Below the pieces are notes generated by a model that was given only the letters and a program-made list of their open reading frames with translations, had not been told where the DNA came from and searched no databases. A stretch of DNA of 63,461 nucleotides, filler included, from Octopus bimaculoides (Eukaryota): the NCBI RefSeq assembly GCF_001194135.2. It is 7 parts of 7 records of this genome, joined end to end, with 100 filler letters (N's around TTAATTAATTAA, not from the genome) between each part and the next. Parts side by side here need not be neighbours in the genome. Positions count along the whole stretch, not along the records: positions 44,103 to 54,323 come from NC_068986.1; positions 54,424 to 60,127 come from NC_068985.1; positions 60,228 to 63,461 come from NC_068982.1; 4 more parts are not named here. One strand, 5' to 3'. Numbering within the stretch: the first letter of the stretch is position 1; every line of letters begins with the position of its first letter. Shown here piece by piece: positions 52,205-63,461 of this stretch. The translations under genes and the position numbers were made by a program.

Positions 52205-53214
52205 TTTACTCTATAAATTTTCCGTCCATGAGATCAACTTAATGATAGTAAATGATATATATTGTAAAGTTTGGAGGTGATGTACAGGAATTATATATTA
52301 GAAAAAATAATAATCAGGTACTCAGATGTCTGGATGGCTGTATATTTACAGATTTTTATTCATATGTCACATGTGACATATGAATAAAAATNNNNNNNNN
52401 NNNNNNNNNNNNNNNNNNNNNNNNNNNNNNNNNNNNNNNNNNNNNNNNNNNNNNNNNNNNNNNNNNNNNNNNNNNNNNNNNNNNNNNNNNNNNNNNNNNN
52501 NNNNNNNNNNNNNNNNNNNNNNNNNNNNNNNNNNNNNNNNNNNNNNNNNNNNNNNNNNNNNNNNNNNNNNNNNNNNNNNNNNNNNNNNNNNNNNNNNNNN
52601 NNNNNNNNNNNNNNNNNNNNNNNNNNNNNNNNNNNNNNNNNNNNNNNNNNNNNNNNNNNNNNNNNNNNNNNNNNNNNNNNNNNNNNNNNNNNNNNNNNNN
52701 NNNNNNNNNNNNNNNNNNNNNNNNNNNNNNNNNNNNNNNNNNNNNNNNNNNNNNNNNNNNNNNNNNNNNNNNNNNNNNNNNNNNNNNNNNNNNNNNNNNN
52801 NNNNNNNNNNNNNNNNNNNNNNNNNNNNNNNNNNNNNNNNNNNNNNNNNNNNNNNNNNNNNNNNNNNNNNNNNNNNNNNNNNNNNNNNNNNNNNNNNNNN
52901 NNNNNNNNNNNNNNNNNNNNNNNNNNNNNNNNNNNNNNNNNNNNNNNNNNNNNNNNNNNNNNNNNNNNNNNNNNNNNNNNNNNNNNNNNNNNNNNNNNNN
53001 NNNNNNNNNNNNNNNNNNNNNNNNNNNNNNNNNNNNNNNNNNNNNNNNNNNNNNNNNNNNNNNNNNNNNNNNNNNNNNNNNNNNNNNNNNNNNNNNNNNN
53101 NNNNNNNNNNNNNNNNNNNNNNNNNNNNNNNNNNNNNNNNNNNNNNNNNNNNNNNNNNNNNNNNNNNNNNNNNNNNNNNNNNNNNNNNNNNTATATATAT
53201 ACACAGCTGGCTTT

Positions 53215-53470
53215 CACTCTCGAGACATTGTTCAGTCCAAAGCTACAGCAGAGGTAGCTTGGATGAAGGTGCTTCGCACTGAGGTGGACATAAGGCTAGT
53301 TGTACTGAAGCGAATTCTCGATGGACTGAGTCATACCTTGGCCTCACTCATCCATTATGAACATCATCAAGTTTGTTCATTCTCCCATAAACAATTTTTT
53401 CAAGCATGTAATTGTATTCAGACTAATGACTGCATACCCGAACCTGTATAAACATTTTCAACCTTGCTTT
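53215..53470 (-). mobile_element. RTE-like LINE 3' remnant
   Basis: ...KIVYGRMNKLDDVHNG*VRPRYD... resembles RMxDxRxPKxxLYGxL...G.RP..RY.D. Confidence 0.4.
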
Positions 53471-54023
53471 TAAAATGAGCATATTTATTTCGTGGATTCA
53501 ACTTCAAATACTTTCTTATATTATTACTGTTATATTTGCACGCTTTTTTCATCTACAACAAAATTGCTACAATCTTCCAAATTAAAGGTTTGCCAAGATC
53601 TATGCTCAACTACTTAAGAAATAAATTATTTCGTCATAAATCCAAAAATCTAACACGAAATCTGAATTAAAGATACGCCAGGATTTATTTTCATTTTAAT
53701 AATCCGTATTCCAGGAATATATGAAAATCTTCACCTTTTCAAGGGCAGTAAAGAACTTGTGTCTCTCTCTATTTTTTTATGACTAAGGTTCAAATCAATT
53801 AAGTATTTGGAACCTATTGTGCTATCGAATCACTGAATATTTTCAATGGAAGTTACATCACTTCCATGCTGTAAATATTGCACCACCTCACTCCTCGCAC
53901 GTGGACGTTGTATCCACATGACAGCAGAACATTTTCATTCTGTGTGTGTTTTTCTGTGTGCAGAATGTTTTAACTTCACTTGGACATTTGATAAATCAGG
54001 AAATACACACACACACACACACA

Positions 54024-54063
<40 letters not shown>

Positions 54064-54880
54064 TATCTACGATGACGACGACGACGATGATGATGATCAT
54101 TTCCTTGTGAATACTGCAGGGTTACCTAGACACATGATATATCACTGAATATATCTACTGTAAAAATGGGAGAGTATGTGGTTATGTATATGTGTTTAGC
54201 CCCAAAAGAGTTTTGAAACAGTGCGTCCTTTAGAAAAAACAATTTGATTTCCGAAATCTACTTCTCAAAGAGAAGGTTTTACGTGAATAATAATCTGAAA
54301 ATATATGCTACGAGAAATAACTCNNNNNNNNNNNNNNNNNNNNNNNNNNNNNNNNNNNNNNNNNNNNTTAATTAATTAANNNNNNNNNNNNNNNNNNNNN
54401 NNNNNNNNNNNNNNNNNNNNNNNCTAAAAGAAAGCCATTATTAAAGAGTTGACCGTCTGGAAATATTTTTATAAATTCATGTTCTTAGAAATTTCCTGGA
54501 ATTTCGATTTCTCAAGTTTATTGATTTTTTTTAAGCTCCAATTCCTCGCAAATTTAAATATTCACTGCGTCCATTTCATCACAAATATAAATTATTCATT
54601 GCATTCACTGTGGAGTATTCCATTTTCATTTGCAAAGTCTCTCACTTTCACTTTTAAGCTTTAATTCGCTAAAAATGTATACGTAATATGAAAACATCAT
54701 TTATTGAATGAAATTTTTTTTAAATACCCGCATAATTTTTGAACGCGGAATAGCAGTAAGAAGAGCCTAGAAAGTTGGGTAATTATTATTAGACGAGGAG
54801 AAAAAGACAAAGTTACCGACAAGTACTCGAAACTTGCACCTTGTTCACAGTTTCTAAACGCAACTTCAACAGTGACACAC

Positions 54881-54970
54881 ACACACATAGATACACACTC
54901 GCGCACACACATAGATACACACTCGCGCACACACATAGATACACACTCGCGCACACACATAGATACACAC
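54881..54970 (+). repeat. 24-bp minisatellite, about 3.7 copies (ACACACATAGATACACACTCGCGC)
   Basis: Seen directly in the sequence. Confidence 0.9.
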
Positions 54971-56399
54971 ATAAATAAATAGCAATGGATGTGTGTGTGT
55001 ACTGTTCACTGACAAAACTTCGTGCTGCATCACAGTGAATAGGTCGCGGTTTCAAAGTGATGAAAACATTTTGGCACAAATGTAGTTTTAATGCTGAAGT
55101 GAAACTAACGGCATTTGTGTGTTCTTGAATGGTTTACAAACATCTTCCAAGCTGCAATTGTTTTTGTTTCAGCACACGATTTCAGTTCAAGTCACTTGCT
55201 ATGCAAGTACATCTCCGTAATTTTTTTAATCACTGTGGATAAATGCCACAATGACCTTCTCAGGCTCTCCAATATTTTAATTTCTAAACAGAAACAATCG
55301 GTGGCAGGGAGTGGGGTTGCAAACATAATTTCTTAAATTTTCTTTTTTATAGCATATAAATGTATTTATGGAGGGAAAATATTGAAAAACATCAATACAT
55401 GCGAGAATGATAAAGAAACGAGGAGGATTGTCTTTGGATGTGCTAGAAACAACAGCCAAATCGCCCTTAAATCACTTTTCCCTCTGAAAATATTAATTCT
55501 TTTTTACCGAAAATGCTCTTCCCATGNNNNNNNNNNNNNNNNNNNNNNNNNNNNNNNNNNNNNNNNNNNNNNNNNNNNNNNNNNNNNNNNNNNNNNNNNN
55601 NNNNNNNNNNNNNNNNNNNNNNNNNNNNNNNNNNNNNNNNNNNNNNNNNNNNNNNNNNNNNNNNNNNNNNNNNNNNNNNNNNNNNNNNNNNNNNNNNNNN
55701 NNNNNNNNNNNNNNNNNNNNNNNNNNNNGCAAATTTATCGTATGCTGTTTGAAAAGGATTTGTATAAATTTTCATTAAAAGATACCCATCTTCCTGAAAG
55801 TTATGAAGGAAAAAAGTCAGATCATGTGAATTTTCCGAAACTCCTCTCTCCACCCGCCCACCCCGGAAAAATTCTTTCCCATAAATTCCTATATATTCTG
55901 AAGCCACAACATCTAAGCGGTAGTTGTAGAAAATTTTGTTAAAAAGTATTCATTTTTCTGGATGTTATGAGGCAACAAAGTCGGGGGCGTATACATATGT
56001 AGTAATGCCCTTTTATTCATACAATTTTTTCATCTCATGTTTATTTCATTCATTGTTTGCAATATTTTCTCTCTCTCTCACACTGCAAAGTTTACAGATG
56101 GGCTGCTGAAATGAAATCTCTATGTTGCTTTGAGGGGAAAGTAAAACTTGACAAACTGCTTCTCCCTCTGTTGTTGGACTACCGTGATGTTTGTTTAAAA
56201 AGGAGAGATTATGACTGTGATAAAATAATGAAAGCAATATTTACTAAGCACTATTATACTAAGAAATAATTAGACGTAAAATATAAAAATTATTAGTAAT
56301 GGGAATCAAATGTGAAAATATTATCAAGGGGCTAGCAGAAAACCGCCCGGTTTGCGGTCTTTCTGCTAGTCTCAATAATGGAAACGTAAACAACTATCC

Positions 56400-58480
56400 T
56401 AAGGAACTGGAAAATAATTGACAAAAAAGAAAGGTATATGTTCAAATCTACATTCAGAAATCAAGGATTTATCTGAGACTCTATCAGAAGTGGTAAAAAC
56501 TCCAAGAGAAAGCCTAACACAGGCAGCATGGATACAGGAACTTGAAGAAACAAATTTAGAAAAAGAAGCCTATTGATGACGTGGAAAAAATATCTTAATA
56601 TACGTAAACAAAATTTCTGGAAAGCCTACAAATATAAAAAATATGCTGAGATATATAGAGATTGTATTGAGTCAGACGTACCCATGCTTCCCCTTAAATT
56701 CTTTAAAAAATTATAGGAGAACCGGAGGAAGAAACAAAACTAAGATGGGCGCTAACAATGTCAAAATTGAGGAAAGGCATCTCTATCAATCTAAGTAAAG
56801 AGTCTCGATTCAAGACAAAATATGAAACGGTGGACAATGAAATTATCGAGACAATATCGAAAATAGCCACGGGAAACATAACTGAGAAAATGAAAGAGAT
56901 GCGGATTAAAGATATTACAAAAGAAGAGAGTAAATCAAAACATTTATGGCAAAAGAAACAATTATTCTTTGATAAAGATGCTGCAAACTACGGCAATGAC
57001 ACCTCAGTGCCACATAAAAGGAATATAAGGAAACAACCTAACCAACACAACATACACGAAAACACGTGACAACCACAAGGAAATACGGTAAGAACATTTT
57101 TATTATTTAAAAATACAAAGAAACATACCAATATACGTAACATACAAGAATACCATAAACAACACAAATATTCCTTTGATCGAAACGTTAGTAAACAAAA
57201 TAATTATCCATTTAATCAAAATATCTGAGGAAGAAAAACCGGGAAGAAATCACATTCAAGACCTCAACAAAAATCACCTATTCGAAATAGAACAAAAAAA
57301 CATACTAGACCGTCAAATAAACTCAAAAATTACTTTCACAAATTGAAAATATAAATATACCCACACCTAGGAACAAGAGAAAAAAATATACCTAACCAAA
57401 CACCACAACCAAAATACAAAGCTCACCAGAGAAAAGATGTTGATAATAGAAGAAATAATAGACAAAAAATGAATCTATTTTTTATGGTCAGGACAGTAAA
57501 CACCGGAGAAAGAAAAAGTACAAGAAGAAACACCCGTAGAACAACTGATAGGATAGACCCTAAAATTATTAATCTGTCAAAAAGAAATATAGACAGTGAT
57601 GAACTTCGGTCATCGATAAAAGGACTAAAATTCACACCTACACCTACAGTCAATCATCAGGGATTGGAGAAAGATATCTAAAACTTTTGTCGGAAACTAC
57701 GACTTGTGCAGTTTTATACTGATAAAAATAATGAGAATGACGAATCCTTCGCGAAAAATAAATCAAAATTTAATCTGCCAAAAGGACGAAATACACATCT
57801 AGATCAGTTCATTGATATTCTCTCCCGATTTCCACTGAGGCATAACATCAACGTCAGACCAAGCATTTCAAAACTAGAAAAGTTTGCCCTTATACGTCTT
57901 AAAAATGACAACACAATTGTCATCAAACAAGCGGGTAAATGGGGTGCCGTTGTTATAATTGATACGGAATATTACCGGGACCTAGCTGAAGATCAACTGA
58001 AAGATACAACATTCTACCGTGAAATACCTTCAAATATTGACCACTGCATCATGAAGAAACTCAATTATTTAGTCTTAAAACATTATAAGTCCGTCACTCC
58101 TAATGAAAGTAACTATATTACCAATTTTGAGTCGAAATCCAGCACCTTCTTTGGCTTACCTAAAATACACAAGTCAGAAGAAATACAAAATGATATAAAA
58201 GAACACGGTAGTGAATACATAAAACTACTACAACCAAAAGACCTTAAACTAAGACTCATTATAGCTGCTCCAGCCTGTCCTACACATCGTCTGAACAACT
58301 TCATTGACACATACCCAGTTTCATTCCTAGTCGCATACCTAGCCATATACTTAGTCACATACCTAGTGACATACCTAGTGACATACCCAGTTTCATTCGG
58401 GATGACATTGATTTCCTGTCACATCTGTCCAAAACAACAGAATCCAATTCACTGTTATTTAGTTTTGATGTAGCAAGTCA
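56400..58480 (+). mobile_element. Penelope-like element 3 (long N-terminal region plus start of RT, 3' truncated)
   Basis: INLSKRN...KGLKFTPTP, VIKQAGKWGAVV, FFGLPKIHKS, LKLRLIIAAPACPTHRLNNFID and SFIRDDIDFLSHL...SFDV, with stops and frameshifts. Confidence 0.88.
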
Positions 58481-58701
58481 CAAAAATGATGGAACATTAA
58501 TGTCAGCTACTCCTGTAACGGAACCTGATGCGAGTTATTTCGCTTGACTGTGACTCCCAGGTGTTTTAATACCAGGCGAATTGATGAGAATAAATTCTCT
58601 TACGCCTGTAAACGCAGCCTGCCCACGAACTAGCAAAACACATATCTTGTGTATGTGTATTCCATATTGTTTATATCGCTCAGGCTGTTTCTCATTCATA
58701 T

Positions 58702-58754
<53 letters not shown>

Positions 58755-58769
58755 NNNNNNNNNNACACA

Positions 58770-58912
58770 GTATATATACGATGGGCTTCTTTCAGTTTCC
58801 GTCTACCAAATCCATTCACAAGGCTTTGGTCGGCCCAAGACTATTGTAGAAGACACTTGCCCAAGGTGCCACACAGTGGGACTGAACCCGGAATCATGTG
58901 GTTGGGGAGCAG
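58770..58912 (-). mobile_element. SINE family B, 5' half (other fragments at about 22650-23220, 24910-24990, 38560-38650, 60365-60585)
   Basis: gggcttctttcagtttccgtctaccaaatcc...gtgggactgaacccgg. Confidence 0.75.
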
Positions 58913-59875
58913 TCAATTATTTTTAATTAGTTTTGGAAGGAGAGTTTGTGAAATGCTTAGTAAAAAACACGAAATTTTTGAGTATCAGCCAACTTTAAAC
59001 TCCTTAAAGTAATTGCTTATTAATAAAGTAATTAAAGTAATTAATTATTAATAAAAACATTATTAATAAAAAAAAATACATCGAAATGACTAATTCTCAT
59101 TGCACAGAGTGCACAATTACAAAGAAAATTCCCAGCTGTTTTATGCTAGTAATTAAGATACTTTTCAAAACAACTCGCACGCACGCGTGTGTGTGTGTGT
59201 GAGGGGGAGAGAGAGATTGTGACGGAGTGGGGGTGGTACGGCCTCCAAGTTTACTTGATTGATTACAACTTCAAGCCTAGAAGTATTGTACCCTATCAAA
59301 ATTCCCTTTGATGACATGAACTGAATGCACTTTTTTTTTTATCTTGCAATGATTTTATAGAATAAGGGTGCTAGAATGATGTATTAACACGCCACAGCGG
59401 CAAAGAAAATAGTACGGGTCAATAATAAGGCGCATTAACGTAGCAGAACCTCAAAATACGTTACACAAAATATTTCTAACATCATATACTTCGCCGCAGA
59501 TGCTCTGCTGAAATGGTATAGATAAATCACAAATCTCAAACAAGAAATAGTCACAATAAATCATTTTGGAATTTTACATAGGTAATGACATTTATATTTG
59601 ATCTCCGAATATGCGTTATTAGTTGGTGCCTTTCAGAAATTAAGTGTCAATAAGAGTTGTGTTCGACGTTCTTTATAAGCCGTTTTTTCTTAAGTAATTT
59701 TATTTGTTTGGTTGTCATATGTTGATATACATGCACACATATACGCACACACACAAACACACAGAGACACATAAGCATGCGCATACAAACACACACACCA
59801 CAGCTTATGCATTTCTTCGTTTATGTGTGTGCATGCGCGCATGTGTCTATGTGTGCGTGTATATATGTATATACT

Positions 59876-60125
59876 AGCTGGTGTGCCCGGTAATTCCCGA
59901 GGGTAAGATGTTCTATTGAAACGCCTTATTACTCTGATATAAGAAAGCAATTTCGTTATAACTGCCACAAAAGGTGTATTTTCCGTCGCGAAAAAGTACA
60001 AAAAACTGTCAGCTGCGGGAGGAAGAGATTGTTGGCGGTTGGCAAGAGAGGTTTTCGGAGGTTGGTGAAAAAGTACTCTGATTCGTCGTGGCATTTTAAA
60101 GGTGAACTTTATTAAAGGTAATATA
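59876..60125 (+). mobile_element. Possible non-autonomous Helitron/Helentron-like element
   Basis: Starts ACTAGCTGGTGTGCCCGGTAATTCCCGAGGG, resembling ACTAGC...CCCG starts of Lep1/HINE-type elements; the end is not verified. Confidence 0.35.
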
Positions 60126-61469
60126 TANNNNNNNNNNNNNNNNNNNNNNNNNNNNNNNNNNNNNNNNNNNNTTAATTAATTAANNNNNNNNNNNNNNNNN
60201 NNNNNNNNNNNNNNNNNNNNNNNNNNNATATATATTATTTATATTATATATATGTATATATATTTATATATAAATAATATATATATATTATTTATATTAT
60301 ATATATGTATATATATATACATACATATATACATACATACATACACACACACAGACATATATATCTGTGTGTCTGTGCTTGTCCCCCACTATTGATTGAC
60401 AACCAGTGTTGGTGTGTTTACGTCCCTGTAACTTAGGTGTTTGAAAAAAGAGCCTGATAGAGTACTAGGCTTTTTAAAAAAACAGCACTGGAGTCGATTC
60501 ATTCGACTAAAAGTCTTCCAAGGCAGTGACCCAGCATGTCTGCAGTCTAATGACTGAAACAATTAAAAAAATAAAAGAATATTAACTCAATTCTCCTATA
60601 CACTCTTGCGAGTTGAGTGAACTTACGTTATTTATTCCGGTTGCCTGAGTCTTATTCCTGCCAAGATCAAATTTACCTTTCATCCATTCAGAGGACTTAA
60701 TAAATAACATACCAACTCAATGCTGGTGTTGGTGTTGGTGCAACACTTTCACCTTGAAAGTTCCGTTGCGTCAAGGATGGATAGATCGAGAGAATGTTTC
60801 TCTTCTGCTCGCAACTATATGAACATCTACAAAACATTACTGAAAACACACAACACATTGATACCAAGTGATTCTCGATTACAAATGACGCTCGCAGTTT
60901 CGCAGTTTTGTATGCAGAAAAAAAAAACAAAAAAAACAATCTCATTTTCCATTCACCGAATTTTTATCATTTTCATTTTAATATCTCTAGCCTAAAACTG
61001 CACTGAATTACCTAATTAGTTACAAAAATTCATTCGGCACAGATATAGAATAGAGAGAAGTGTGTGATCTCATCGAAGGTAAGTCGATCAAGTGTGATGT
61101 ATATGAGTATAATAGTAAGCATATGTGTTCTTAACAGCTACAGGGCTATATTTACTTAGTATGGTGTGTGTCTTTTGATGCGTACACTAGATAATTATTG
61201 ATGTTATCGCTGTAATTCATATTTGCTTTATTTATTTATATGGAATATCACAGTTTGTGTCTTCTTTCCATTTCATTTATTCACTTCAGATTTGTGGTTG
61301 CCCCAAGTAATATGTAATTATCTGTAATTATTCGTTGAGCATTTCCAGTGCGCTATACTTTGCACTAGAGCATTTTGTGAGTTTTATTGTTGTGCACACA
61401 CACTCACACACACTCACACACATACACACACACGTATATAAATGTGTGTATATGTATGTATAATATATG

Positions 61470-61500
<31 letters not shown>

Positions 61501-61976
61501 ATGTATGTATATATGTATGTATGTATGTATGTATGCATGTATGTATGTATGTATGTATGTATGTATGTATGTAGGTCTGTATGTATGTATGTACGTATGT
61601 ATGTATGTATGCATGTATGTATGTATTTGTGTAGGTCTGTATGTATGTATGTATGTATGTATGTATGTAGGTCTGTATGTATGTATGTATGTACGTATGT
61701 ATGTATGTAGGTCTGTATGTATGTATGTATGTATGTATGTAGGTCTGTATGTATGTATGTATGTACGTATGTATGTATTGATTGACTGATTGATTGATTG
61801 ATTGATTGATTGATCGTCTGAAGTGGTGTGCAGATTTTATATATTAAGAAAAAGGAGGGAGCAAAATTTTGAATAGTTATTTATTTAGCGCTTTCATCTA
61901 GTTTCGGAAAATCATCAGAATGAGATGAAAGCACTAAATAAATAGCTATCCAAAATTCTGACCACCTTCTTTCTCT

Positions 61977-62063
<87 letters not shown>

Positions 62064-62132
62064 CATGTATGTATATATACATACATGCAGACAGACGGAC
62101 ATAATACTACATACATATGCATATATGTATAC

Positions 62133-62483
62133 GTGAAGGCGCAAGGCCCAGTGGTTAGAACGTCGGGTTCACAATCCTGAGGTCGTGAATTCGATTCCCG
62201 GACCGGTCTGTGTGTTGTGTTATTGAGCAAGGCACTTTATTTCACATTGATCCAGTTCACACTGCTGTAGAAATTAGTTATGATGTCACTGGTGCCAAAT
62301 TGTATCGCCCTTTGTCTCTCCCTTGGATAACATCGGTCGCGCGGAAAAGGGAGGCTGGTATACATGGGTGACTTGGTCTTCCATAAAGAACCTTGCCCGG
62401 ACGTGTGCCTCGGAGGGTCACTTTCTATGTGCAATCCCATGGTTATTCATGACCAAAGGAGGTCTTTACCCTTTACCCTTTAC
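62133..62483 (+). mobile_element. Full-length tRNA-derived SINE (family C)
   Basis: A box TGG..CAGTGG, B box GAATTCGATTCC, (CCCTTTA)n tail. Confidence 0.85.
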
Positions 62484-62499
62484 ATATATATATATATCT

Positions 62500-62880
62500 A
62501 AAAACTTAGATAAAACTTAGATGGGTTTCGACCAAAGATTGGTCCAGGCCATGTCTAACTTAATAGCACCACCTGATAGGATTATCTAAATCCTTTTTAT
62601 AGTCAAGTGTGGTCTGTGGTCCATTCAAGTAGTGAGTTCTTATTGAGTGAGTTGTATCCATGTATGGGTGGCTTGTCTGGTATTCTTTGAAGAAATCTGT
62701 CTAGATTCCGTTTAAAGCTGATAGGATCCTTTTCATCTTTTACCTGTTTCGGGAAAATGTTAAACAGGGCAGGGCCTGTTGAGGAAAAGAAATTATGCCG
62801 CAGTGTACCTGTATGTTGTGATTCTGAATTGAGCAGGGGACGTATGGCTCGTGGTCCCAGCCTTGGATGAACCTTGAAAC
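62500..62880 (-). mobile_element. CR1-group LINE 3' end
   Basis: TLRHNFFSSTGPALFNIFPKQV...SFKRNLDRFLQRIPDKP...GY...NSLLEW*, then a GACCAA/TTGGTC stem-loop and a (ATCTAAGTTTT)2 tail. Confidence 0.75.
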
Positions 62881-63010
62881 TAATGTATATATATATGTAT
62901 GTATGTATATTATTTATATTATTATTTGACTGAACGCCACGCATCCATTTCCAAGTAAGTTTATATATATATACATACATACATACATACATACACACAT
63001 ACATACATAC

Positions 63011-63053
<43 letters not shown>

Positions 63054-63407
63054 CATATAGTCAGTTGGTGAAAATAAAGCATTCAAATACAGAATGAAGT
63101 ACTCAATACTTTAAAAAACGGTGACTAGTTTATGGAGTTGTTTCAGCCTTTTAAGTGATCATGTTATCGAGTAAGTGACGACATTCAATGTAGATTTACA
63201 TTGCAAGTGATCATTAGCTGTGAACTTAATAGGTGAACATACGAAAAGGATTAAGCTTGAGTTGGCAGAATCGTTAGCACGCTGGGCAAAAGGCTTAGCA
63301 ACATGTCGTCTGACTTTACGTCTTGAGTTCCTTTTCAGAGTCGATTCAATAAGTATCAGTTAAGTACTGGAGGTGATGCCAAAATTTGAATCCAACGATA
63401 TACAATA

Positions 63408-63461
<54 letters not shown>

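Noticed and set aside
62133-62215. tRNA-like sequences (also 1085-1162 and other SINE heads)
   Set aside because: They continue into SINE bodies and tails and lack a proper acceptor stem, so they are not tRNA genes.

Overview
AT-rich, microsatellite- and transposon-dense animal genomic DNA with many N gaps. The SINE, Penelope, RTE and Tx1 repeat landscape is most consistent with an octopod cephalopod (inferred, not searched). Six 100-bp gaps carry an artificial TTAATTAATTAA linker, so the window is seven joined scaffold pieces. Two host genes can be rebuilt by splicing. (1) A minus-strand cholinesterase-family gene with coding exons 21542-20053, 18718-18534 and 14701-14595 (593 aa). It has an intact Ser/Glu/His triad, a strongly remodelled active-site gorge and a probable GPI-anchor tail. 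(2) A plus-strand three-exon Cys-rich gene (29656/29604-29816, 30752-30978, 31515-31611) that resembles invertebrate stanniocalcin-like proteins. The ORF track shows both genes only in pieces. The rest is nested mobile DNA: three Penelope-like fragments, Tx1, RTE, R4 and CR1 LINE remnants, hAT and mariner derivatives, a solo LTR and about 25 tRNA-derived SINE pieces. The most unusual non-coding signal is a cluster of hammerhead-ribozyme-like motifs at about 51.3-52.2 kb, including an inverted pair. I found no CRISPR, rRNA or true tRNA genes. All alignments and translations were done by eye.
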